Part shown: positions 1-7,310 of the stretch, piece by piece
Layout: each line of letters opens with the position of its first letter
How positions within the stretch are numbered: position 1 is the stretch's first letter
Assembly (NCBI RefSeq): GCF_003334335.1
Contig: NZ_QOWQ01000061.1
From: Escherichia coli
GTDB taxonomy: Bacteria > Pseudomonadota > Gammaproteobacteria > Enterobacterales > Enterobacteriaceae
DNA length: 13,768 nucleotides
Direction: 5' to 3' (one strand)
Program-made: the position numbers and the translations under genes
Notes under the pieces: generated by a model
What the model saw: the letters and a program-made list of their open reading frames with translations, nothing else
Databases searched by the model: none
What the model was told of the DNA's origin: nothing

Positions 1-71
1 TGGTTGATACTGTTTTTGTCATGTGAGTCACCTCTGACTGAGAGTTTACTCACTTAGCCGCGTGTCCACTA

Positions 72-431
72 TTGCTGGGTAAGATCAGTGCCTGGCACAC
101 GCGTTTGATGGAAGACGGCGTTCAGGCAATGCGCGATTATCTTGCCGGACTGGATATCGCTTCGCCAGAGCATCAGGTTCTGATGAACGTAACAGCAAAA
201 AGCGAGGTCGCTCCGTCAATTATCAAAGAAAATCTCTCATTACACTTAACTCATACGGTGAAATGGACTGAATCTCTCGATACATTTCTGAATATGCCAA
301 CCCCGGTAGCTTTCCTTGAAATAAGTAATAAGCCCTATTTGGGGAATATGTTAAATGATTTTGCTGGCGTGGATCAGCAACGAGTTATGCATTGTCGTAA
401 AGCATTTAGTGATGCAAAGGTATTCAAATGA
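72..431 (+). CDS. Malonyl-CoA:ACP transacylase (FabD)-like acyltransferase, C-terminal fragment only (possible truncated gene or pseudogene)
   Basis: Translation aligns by eye to the C-terminal third of E. coli FabD ([11 protein letters not shown]...HTVKWTESL vs FabD SAPFHCALMKP...PVQWTKSVEY). The frame has TGA stops at 24-26 and 39-41, so no full-length acyltransferase can be encoded here. ORF-track start is TTG at 72; first in-frame ATG is at 108; no clear SD for either. Stop overlaps the next start (ATGA at 428-431). Confidence 0.4.
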
Positions 432-1414
432 TTCCTGATTATTTAACTTTTATTCGCTTTCAGGATAAACGAAATCTGATATACATTTATGCTATTGGAC
501 TTATTCTGATAGGCTTTTATTGGAAGAATGCAGGGTTTACTTTTCCATCAGAGGATATTGGTGTAGTTAGTGGGATTCTGGCTCTGGTGCTGTATAATTT
601 TATTTTTGATCTCAAGGCGTACTGGGCTTATAAATGCGTCACGAAGAATATCGATTTTTCGTGGTTTAAGAAAAAGCAGAACCACAAAATAGAATTATTT
701 CTTACACAACCTCTGGTGGCAGGATTTCTGTCGTTAATCATGTTGAGTGCAATGAGTTGGGGGCTATACCAGCTTCTACCCTCGTTATATGCGCTGTTCC
801 TGATTTCGTTACTTGGGCCGTTGGTCATCTTTCTGCTGTTTCGGATGATCCGCACCAGTTATGTCAAGCAGGTCGCTATTTCAGTAGCGAAAAAAGTAAA
901 ATATAAAAGTCTGACTCGCTATGTGCTGCTTTCGGTGTGCATCTCAACGGTTGTTAACCTGCTTACTATCAGCCCGTTGCGTAACAGTGATTCTTTTGTG
1001 ACAGAGGGGCAGTGGTTAACGTTTAAATCGATAATTGCATTGCTCATTCTTTGTGGCGTAGTGTTGGCGATTAATCTGTTTTTTCTGCGCTTCTCCAAGC
1101 GGTACGCTTTTCTGGGCAGGCTTTTTTTGCAGGAAATCGATCTGTTTTTCTCCAGTGAAAATGCGTTGTCGACCTTTTTTGCCAAGCCGCTTTGGCTTCG
1201 GTTATTCATATTGCTGGTTATTGAAGTGATGTGGATTACGCTGGTGTCGGTATTGGCAACGCTTGTAGAATGGCGGATTTGGTTTGAAGCCTATTTTTTA
1301 CTCTGCTATGTACCGTGCTTAATTTACTATTTTTTCTATTGTCGATTCCTCTGGCATAACGATTTTATGATGGCATGTGACATGTATTTCCGTTGGGGGC
1401 ATTTTAATAAGTGA
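428..1414 (+). CDS. Polytopic integral membrane protein, function unknown
   Basis: 328-aa ORF with multiple long hydrophobic segments typical of transmembrane helices (e.g. [91 protein letters not shown]). Translationally coupled to the upstream ORF. Visibly AT-rich. No family recognised. Confidence 0.6.
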
Positions 1415-1573
1415 GGAAGTGATAGGAAGTGACCAGATAATACATATATGTTCTGTACTCTCTTGCGCATTTTGATTGTTGACTGAGTAACCAGACAGTT
1501 GATGTGCACGATTTCCCCTCGCCCTAACAGACGTGGGCGGGGGCACCCGGTGTGTGCAATATACGAAAAAAAA

Positions 1574-1601
1574 GCCCGTACTTTCGTACGAGCTCTTCTT
1601 T
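1574..1601. terminator. Hairpin flanked by an A8 run on one side and a T-rich run on the other; possible bidirectional intrinsic terminator
   Basis: Stem GCCCGTAC (1574-1581) / GTACGAGC (1586-1593) with one mismatch, loop TTTC, preceded by AAAAAAAA (1566-1573) and followed by TCTTCTTT. Read on the minus strand it is a hairpin followed by U8, the stronger terminator orientation. Confidence 0.4.
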
Positions 1602-1636
1602 AAATATGGCGGTGAGGGGGACCGCCTGAAATAAAT

Positions 1637-1664
1637 CTGACTTAATCCAGGGGTGTTATATAAT
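1637..1664 (+). promoter_or_regulatory. Candidate sigma70-like promoter upstream of the integrase gene
   Basis: -35-like CTGACT (1637-1642), 16-bp spacer, perfect -10 TATAAT (1659-1664), about 115 bp upstream of the int start. Sequence match only, no expression evidence. Confidence 0.25.
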
Positions 1665-1780
1665 TTCATTATAAACAATGTATTACACTTTTTGTTGTCC
1701 GATATTATCTAATGTATTCTTAGTGAAGCGAGAGACTAATGGCATACTGGATGGCATACCAGAGTGACGGGAATTAGCGT

Positions 1781-2983
1781 ATGGCAGTATTGACGGATAC
1801 GAAAGCAAGACATATCAAACCTGATGACAAACCATTGCCCCATGGGGGAATTACCGGACTGACCCTTCATCCTTCTTCAGTAAAGGGGCGGGGGAAATGG
1901 GTTTTTCGTTATGTAAGTCCGGTGACACAAAAAAGACGTAATGCTGGATTGGGAACTTACCCAGAGGTCAGTATTGCTGAAGCTGCACGTACTGCCCGGA
2001 TAATGCGAGAGCAACTTGCTGCAGGTGATGATCCTCTGGAGATTAAAAAGGCTGAATCTGAGAAAGTCGCTATCCCAACATTTGCCGATGCAGCCAGGCG
2101 TGTACATGCAGAACTGTCTCCTGGATGGGAAAATCCAAAGCATGTAAGGCAGTGGTTATCGACGCTTGAGAATTACGCGTTTCCTCAACTGGGAGCAAAA
2201 ACGCTGGATTCGATTACGGCTGCGGACGTGGCAGAAACACTGCGTCCAGTCTGGTTAACCTTGTCAGAAACGGCAAGCCGGGTTAAACAGCGCATTCATG
2301 TTGTTATGCAGTGGGGATGGGCGCACGGTTTTTGTGTAGCAAATCCTGTTGATGTGGTTGACCATTTGCTTCCTCAGCAGACAAGAGGACGTGATGAACA
2401 CCAACCCGCAATGCCCTGGAGGCAGTTACCGCTTTTTGTGGCGACCAGTGTGTATACCGATGAACCTTATAATGTTACCCGCGCACTGTTATTAATGGTG
2501 ATACTTACAGCAACTCGCTCGGGCGAAGCCAGGGGAATGCGCTGGGCTGAAATTGATTTTCATAAGCGGGTATGGACTATACCTGCAGAAAGAATGAAAG
2601 CTAGGCTACAGCATCGTGTTCCTTTATCCCGGCAGGCTATTTACATTCTGGAAAATATACGTGGCCTGCATGATGAACTGGTGTTCCCTTCACCCAGAAA
2701 GCAGCAGATCCTTTCCGATATGGTGTTGACAAGTTTTCTGCGTAAAAAGAAAGCCGTCAGTGACATTCCGGGGCGAGTTGCCACGGCACATGGTTTTCGC
2801 TCAACATTCAGGGACTGGTGTAGCGAACAGGGGTATTCGCGGGATCTGGCGGAAAGGGCGCTCGCTCATACGCTGAAAAATAAGGTTGAGGCGGCATATC
2901 ATCGTACTGATCTACTGGAGCAGCGTGTACCGATGATGCAGGCATGGGCGGATTATGTGATGTCTCAAATTGTGAATAAATAA
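1781..2983 (+). CDS. int: Tyrosine recombinase, P4-family (CP4-57 IntA-like) integrase
   Basis: 400-aa ORF. N-terminus has the typical P4-type integrase arm-binding region (LTDTKARHIKPDDKP...GKWVFRY...). C-terminus carries the catalytic signature (TRSGEARGMRWAEID, HGFRSTFRDW, catalytic Tyr in AAYHRTD). Family assignment from motif recognition, not a search. Confidence 0.93.
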   Translation: MAVLTDTKARHIKPDDKPLPHGGITGLTLHPSSVKGRGKWVFRYVSPVTQKRRNAGLGTYPEVSIAEAARTARIMREQLAAGDDPLEIKKAESEKVAIPTFADAARRVHAELSPGWENPKHVRQWLSTLENYAFPQLGAKTLDSITAADVAETLRPVWLTLSETASRVKQRIHVVMQWGWAHGFCVANPVDVVDHLLPQQTRGRDEHQPAMPWRQLPLFVATSVYTDEPYNVTRALLLMVILTATRSGEARGMRWAEIDFHKRVWTIPAERMKARLQHRVPLSRQAIYILENIRGLHDELVFPSPRKQQILSDMVLTSFLRKKKAVSDIPGRVATAHGFRSTFRDWCSEQGYSRDLAERALAHTLKNKVEAAYHRTDLLEQRVPMMQAWADYVMSQIVNK

Positions 2984-3114
2984 TAGTGAAAATGTATATT
3001 GTACGATCATGATTTGATATGTGATCGTAGCAGTAGTAATTAAGAAACCGCTTTTATGTCAAATGTATTGAGCTGATAATTATCAGATCGTCAGGAAAGC
3101 GTATTTTGATTAAC

Positions 3115-3142
3115 AGGGGATTACTTAACAATCCCCTTTTTA
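3115..3142 (+). terminator. Rho-independent terminator-like hairpin in the int / 605-aa gene convergent intergenic region
   Basis: Stem AGGGGATT (3115-3122) / AATCCCCT (3130-3137), 7-nt loop, followed by TTTTT (3137-3141). Lies between the convergent int (+) and 605-aa (-) genes. Confidence 0.5.
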
Positions 3143-3169
3143 TAAAAAATAATTTGCCTGTTTAACTCT

Positions 3170-4987
3170 TCACTCCTGCTGAGACTGAATTATTCCTAGT
3201 GCGTCATAAATCAGTCTTCTGCGTAGTTTATTGTTTTTATCTGCACCATATAACATAAATATATTTTCAACTTTTTCTTCAGGTGTTCTGAGATAATGGA
3301 TAAGAAAGGTTATCATTCCAACACAATGGAATAAAGTGAATCCATCAAACAGGCTTATCAGGTTTCCTTTTTTTTCCCGTGTTGTAAGTATTTTTTCGCG
3401 GGTAAGAATATTTGCCAGTTCATGGGGGGCTGATATGTTTCTGCTGTCTATAATGTCATTTATTTTACCAAGGGCTATATCAACTTCCTGTAATAGGTTA
3501 TTTATCATAGCTGAGTGAATGTTATTGGTTTCATGTTCCTGACAGTTTATGAACTTATAAATCATTGAGTTATACAGAAATATTACTCTTCCTAATAAAT
3601 ATGTGTTTGTGTCATTTTGAAGACAGGACTCTGGGTATTCGTGATCCAGTGAAATAAGGTTAATGGACTCGCCCTGATAAGTCATAAAATAATTGATGTC
3701 ATTTAATAATGCTCGGATATTTACATGATTTTTACTGAATTTTATTTTAAATGCTATCTTTAGTATAGCAAACGCGGCAATGATAAATCCAAAAGGTAAT
3801 TTCTCATAGTTCAGTTTATTGATGGTGCGATGAACACTTTCAGTCTTTCCTGAAGTAAGTTGTCTCAAACAGTTAACAAATTCTGTATAGCCATTTAAGA
3901 CATAATGGCATGAAGAATCTTTTAAAGAGTTTTCTATGTTTTGTAATGTGACGCCGTTGTTCAATGTATAAATGTAACCGCCAAAGACAATGTTTTCAAT
4001 CTCAACGACACAATTTATTGTTTTTTGTTCAGGATAAAGATAAATATCAGAAATACTATAGTCTCGTATTGCGTCAATGGCATCCCACGATAATGCACTG
4101 TCAATTTTCAGTGTATAAAATGGTGAGTTCTCATTAGGAAAGTAATATATGTATTTGTTCAGTATATTCATTACATCTATTGGGTTGGTTAAATATAATA
4201 ACTGGCATTCATATTCTGAAACTTCTCTTTCGCTTATCAGCATTTTATATAAAGTTGCCAGGGTGCTTGTTAATGAAGTTCGTCTTTCGAAAGCCAGTAA
4301 TATAGTGAGATAATAACATGCAACCTGAACTTTATCTAAGTCAGAAATTATTTTTTCCTTGTCTTCATTACTTAAATAAAGCAGATGTTTACAGGTTTCT
4401 TTGCATGTGTTGATAGTTGCGATAAGTTTTGTTTTTCCTGGTGTACTGTTTTTGCGAATATTACGAATGAATTCATATACGCCATCAAAGATATCTTTGA
4501 AATGCGCATTCGCTGGCGTGTATCCGGATAAACATAACTTAACGTAATTTCGCAGATATGTCCTTGCAGCATGATATATATCATCCTCATTATCCGGTAT
4601 CTGAGTGAGAAAAGAATGAATATGATAGTAAAATGCCATCTCATTATCCGGGCGATATGTGTTCCTGATGTCGAGTGCGAGAATCATTGGTACAATGTCA
4701 TTAAAATATTTTTGTTTTATTATTTGATGTGTTTTGTCTGTAAAAACAGAATAGTGCATTAGCTTAACATAGAGATCTTCATATCTCCTAAATATAACTT
4801 TTCGTTGTTCTTTACTCAATACTTGTTCTTTATCAATAATGTTTATTAATTCATCAAACATGTCGCCCAGTGAATGTTGATGTGAGGAAAAATTTTTAAT
4901 ATTTCGGATGTCACGGCTATTCTGGTTTTTAGCCAGAACACCAAAACATGAAAAGACATCATACATTATAGTGATAAAATTATACAT
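3170..4987 (-). CDS. Hypothetical protein, 605 aa, no recognisable family; AT-rich orphan cargo gene
   Basis: Long uninterrupted minus-strand ORF. Strong SD (AAGGAGA) 5 nt upstream of the ATG at 4987 (minus-strand sense). Codon usage markedly more AT-rich than int or the 1083-aa gene (by eye). One predicted hydrophobic helix (KLPFGFIIAAFAILKIAFKI). I recognise no catalytic motif. Confidence 0.8.
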   Translation of the reverse strand: MYNFITIMYDVFSCFGVLAKNQNSRDIRNIKNFSSHQHSLGDMFDELINIIDKEQVLSKEQRKVIFRRYEDLYVKLMHYSVFTDKTHQIIKQKYFNDIVPMILALDIRNTYRPDNEMAFYYHIHSFLTQIPDNEDDIYHAARTYLRNYVKLCLSGYTPANAHFKDIFDGVYEFIRNIRKNSTPGKTKLIATINTCKETCKHLLYLSNEDKEKIISDLDKVQVACYYLTILLAFERRTSLTSTLATLYKMLISEREVSEYECQLLYLTNPIDVMNILNKYIYYFPNENSPFYTLKIDSALSWDAIDAIRDYSISDIYLYPEQKTINCVVEIENIVFGGYIYTLNNGVTLQNIENSLKDSSCHYVLNGYTEFVNCLRQLTSGKTESVHRTINKLNYEKLPFGFIIAAFAILKIAFKIKFSKNHVNIRALLNDINYFMTYQGESINLISLDHEYPESCLQNDTNTYLLGRVIFLYNSMIYKFINCQEHETNNIHSAMINNLLQEVDIALGKINDIIDSRNISAPHELANILTREKILTTREKKGNLISLFDGFTLFHCVGMITFLIHYLRTPEEKVENIFMLYGADKNNKLRRRLIYDALGIIQSQQE

Positions 4988-5127
4988 AACATTCTCCTTT
5001 TATTGCACTATATAAAATTTTAACATTATATCATTTTGCTTTTCTGTTAACTGGTTTTCATTTTTGAATCAATATTTTCTGAACAGGGTAATAGTACACG
5101 TATTAACAGATTATGTCAGAAGGCCCC

Positions 5128-5890
5128 GGTGATGCCTTCTGACGATAGATTAATGTTGTATTCTATTGGTATCTGGAGACCATATGGCAACAGTTACAGT
5201 ATATTCTCCCCGCTGTAATTCCTATAAAGTGTACCGTTATGATCACAGCACCTCAGATCATGAGCGTTTCCAGTGCTAATCCTGCAAACGTGTATTTCAA
5301 CTGAATTACATCTACGAAACCCGAAAACCAGGCATTAAAGAGCAAATTGTTGAAATGGTTCATAACGGAGCCGGGGTTCGCGATAGCTCCAGAACGCTGA
5401 AGGTGGATATCAACACCGTCATTCTCACTTTAAAAAACGCTCACCACGTAAAGTAACCATATCTCCAGCCGCCAGTGTCGATGTGGCACTTATCTGTGAA
5501 CTTGATGAACAATGGAGTTTTGTCGAAAACAAAGCTCGTCAGCAGTGGCACTGGTACGCGTATAAGACCAAAGCTGACGGTGTGCTGGCTTACACTTTTG
5601 GTCCTCGCACTGATGAAACATGCCGTGAGTTGCCGGAATTCCTGAAGCCATTCTCCGCAGGCATGATAACCAGAGACAACCGGAGCAGTTATACCAGAGA
5701 AATGCCACAGGATAAGCATCTTGTCGGCAAGATATTTACCCGGCGCATTGAGCGCAACAATCTGACACTTCGTACTCACATCAAACGACCTGCCCGGAAA
5801 ACGATTTGCTTTTTACGCTCCCTGGAAATTCACGAAAAGCCATTGGTTCATTTATCGAAAACACATGTACTACTGACAGGAGTCATTACC
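5128..5890 (+). mobile_element. IS1-family insertion sequence, about 763 bp, probably inactive
   Basis: Left end GGTGATGCC... at 5128 and right end ...GGAGTCATTACC at 5879-5890 match IS1 terminal inverted repeats. Internal insA/insB-like ORFs with the conserved A6C frameshift motif (5432-5438). Element length matches IS1 (768 bp). No clean 9-bp target-site duplication seen. Confidence 0.8.
5184..5456 (+). pseudogene. insA: IS1-family insA with an in-frame premature stop
   Basis: Translation MATVTVYSPRCNSYKVYRYDHSTSDHERFQC*SCKRVFQLNYIYETRKPGIKEQIVEMVHNGAGVRDSSRTLKVDINTVILTLKNAHHVK aligns to IS1 InsA, but an in-frame TAA at 5277-5279 falls inside the zinc-finger region. Confidence 0.75.
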
Positions 5891-5920
5891 AGGGCCTCTT
5901 TTGCTGTTTTTTTGCCATGA
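5483..5920 (+). CDS. insB: IS1-family InsB-like transposase segment; reading frame runs past the right inverted repeat
   Basis: Translation (ICELDEQWSFVENKARQQWHWYAYK...TRRIERNNLTLRTHIKRPARK...) aligns to IS1 InsB ([26 protein letters not shown]...[21 protein letters not shown]). Frame is -1 relative to insA, as in IS1. The ORF continues 30 nt beyond the IS end at 5890, so the native stop appears lost. Confidence 0.7.
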   Translation: MALICELDEQWSFVENKARQQWHWYAYKTKADGVLAYTFGPRTDETCRELPEFLKPFSAGMITRDNRSSYTREMPQDKHLVGKIFTRRIERNNLTLRTHIKRPARKTICFLRSLEIHEKPLVHLSKTHVLLTGVITRASFAVFLP

Positions 5921-6086
5921 ATGATAATGAGAATCGACAGCGATAAGGGAAAAGTAAAATAACACTAATGCTGTTGTTTTCTATCATATTGATTTTTAAT
6001 TATTTATTGTCTTTTTTCTCAACCCATTTTTTTACGCAGACAAATTTACCCGGGGAATACAAACTGTAACGACAGTTCACCACACT

Positions 6087-6395
6087 ATGGGGGATAAAAT
6101 GCCAGATCAATCCGGACACTGCAGGACTCCTTCACGCATCTTACGGATGCCTGAACTGAGCCAATTGTTAGGTATATCTCGTTCGACAATTTACGAAAAA
6201 ATGAATCCGTTATCGAAATACTACGATGCAACCTTCCCCAGGCCGGTACGTCTTGGTAGTGGTTCTGTGGGCTGGCGTTCATCAGCTATTGACGAATGGC
6301 TTACTTTACATACTGTACCTGCCAGATCAGCAGTCAAAGGTGTTAATGACGAAGTGAGACATACGCTTTCTTCAGATATGACCATGAGCAGATAA
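6087..6395 (+). CDS. alpA: AlpA-family (prophage CP4-57 regulatory protein-like) DNA-binding regulator / excisionase-like protein
   Basis: Motifs ILRMPELSQLLGISRSTIYEKMNP and YDATFPRPVRLGSGSVGWRSSAIDEWL match the AlpA helix-turn-helix family. The likely true start is the ATG at 6099, preceded by GGGGGA. Confidence 0.85.
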   Translation: MGDKMPDQSGHCRTPSRILRMPELSQLLGISRSTIYEKMNPLSKYYDATFPRPVRLGSGSVGWRSSAIDEWLTLHTVPARSAVKGVNDEVRHTLSSDMTMSR

Positions 6396-6477
6396 GTTTT
6401 TGTCATCACGTGATCACCTCAGGAGGAAAAAGAAGCATAAGAACAATTTAGCCAGAAGTTTAATTGATAAACAGAAT

Positions 6478-6830
6478 TTCCAGCATTCATTGTTGAAAGA
6501 GCAGCTATTGTCGCTATTGTAGCGGTAATTGCTGCTATAACCGAAACGTATTACGAAAAAGGAAGCATTTATGCCTTACATCAAACCGGATATGCCGTAT
6601 TCAGTATATGCATGACCATCAATGATAGGGAAGGCAATAATTAAAGCTCAATACAATAAACAAGTACCTCTGACTCTGGTTGCAATGTCAGTATTAACAG
6701 CGATGTCAATTGCCTGTCAGAATCAGGTTGACGTATGCAGTCCCGGAAATTTACGTGGGGCCGTTAATATTTACACTATGGTTCTGGAGAAAGGGAAAAG
6801 ACCGGGGGAAAGGTATTAGTGAAATAATTT
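6478..6830 (+). repeat. Direct repeat copy 1: diverged duplicate of the promoter-proximal and 5' coding region of the yfjI-like gene
   Basis: Aligns by eye over about 330 bp with 6958-7310, including the shared motif AGCAGCTATTGTCGCTATTGTAGCGG and the coding stretch CAATTGCCTGTCAGAATCAG(G/A)TTGACGTATGCAG. I estimate roughly 75-80% identity (not computed). Confidence 0.7.
6571..6819 (+). pseudogene. Degenerate duplicated 5' fragment of the yfjI-like gene
   Basis: ATG at 6571 gives MPYIKPDMPYSVYA* and then, after a 1-nt indel relative to copy 2, a second frame (6622-6819) encodes ...QVPLTLVAMSVLTAMSIACQNQVDVCSPGNLRGAVNIYT, paralogous to QAPLAMVATSALTAISIACQNQIDVCRPGNLHGPVNLYS of the intact gene. 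Confidence 0.55.
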
Positions 6831-6957
6831 CTGGAGGTATTAAGAATGAGAAATATGAATGATATTTCGTGGTGAATAATACAGTCTTCACTGAATTAAC
6901 CTTATCGGTTTATTAAACATCAGATCTACAAATGCTCTGTATTTCTCAGAGCATCAG

Positions 6958-7310
6958 GTCTGAATAGCAGCTATTTTCGCTATTGTAGCGGGATTTGCTG
7001 CTATTTTACTAACCCATTAATGAAAAGAGAGGCTTTTATGTGCTTACTTGCACCAGAAAATCCTTATCCGATATATGCACTACCACCGCTGGTGAGAAAT
7101 GCAATAATTGAAACTCAAAAAAATACACAGGCACCTTTGGCTATGGTGGCAACATCCGCATTAACAGCGATCTCAATTGCCTGTCAGAATCAGATTGACG
7201 TATGCAGACCTGGAAATTTACATGGGCCTGTTAATCTTTACTCTCTGATTCTGGCTGATTCCGGTGAAAGGAAAACGACCGTGGATAAAGTGTTTATGAA
7301 AGCATTTTAT
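6958..7310 (+). repeat. Direct repeat copy 2: the intact promoter-proximal and 5' region of the yfjI-like gene
   Basis: Partner of copy 1 at 6478-6830; this copy is continuous with the long ORF starting at 7020/7038. Confidence 0.7.

Noticed and set aside
628-1209. Minus-strand ORFs 628-855 (75 aa) and 919-1209 (96 aa)
   Set aside because: Entirely inside the 328-aa membrane-protein gene on the opposite strand, no RBS, implausible composition; treated as antisense artefacts.
1319-1678. Minus-strand ORF of 119 aa spanning the hairpin cluster
   Set aside because: Runs through three hairpins and a terminator-like element, has a proline/serine-rich low-complexity translation and overlaps the end of the membrane-protein gene; unlikely to be coding.
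1415-1780. Expected tRNA or tmRNA gene adjacent to the P4-family integrase
   Set aside because: No T-arm consensus or cloverleaf-compatible sequence found by eye on either strand, and no match to the 3' ends of E. coli leuX, pheV or ssrA that I could recall; not annotated, though a dedicated tool should confirm.
1877-2143. Minus-strand ORF of 88 aa
   Set aside because: Embedded antisense within the well-supported integrase gene.
3336-4762. Short ORFs 3336-3518 (+), 4372-4644 (-) and 4571-4762 (+)
   Set aside because: All lie within or overlap the 605-aa minus-strand gene in other frames; typical AT-rich spurious ORFs.
5441-5779. Minus-strand ORFs 5441-5779 and 5490-5708 inside the IS1-family element
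   Set aside because: Antisense to the insB-like frame, which has clear IS1 InsB similarity; no support as genes.
6074-6081. AGTTCACC, a near match to the phage P4 type I iteron TGTTCACC
   Set aside because: Single imperfect copy, no clustering; not sufficient to call a P4-type ori or crr.
6085-6409. Minus-strand ORFs 6085-6282 and 6221-6409
   Set aside because: Antisense to the well-supported alpA-like gene.
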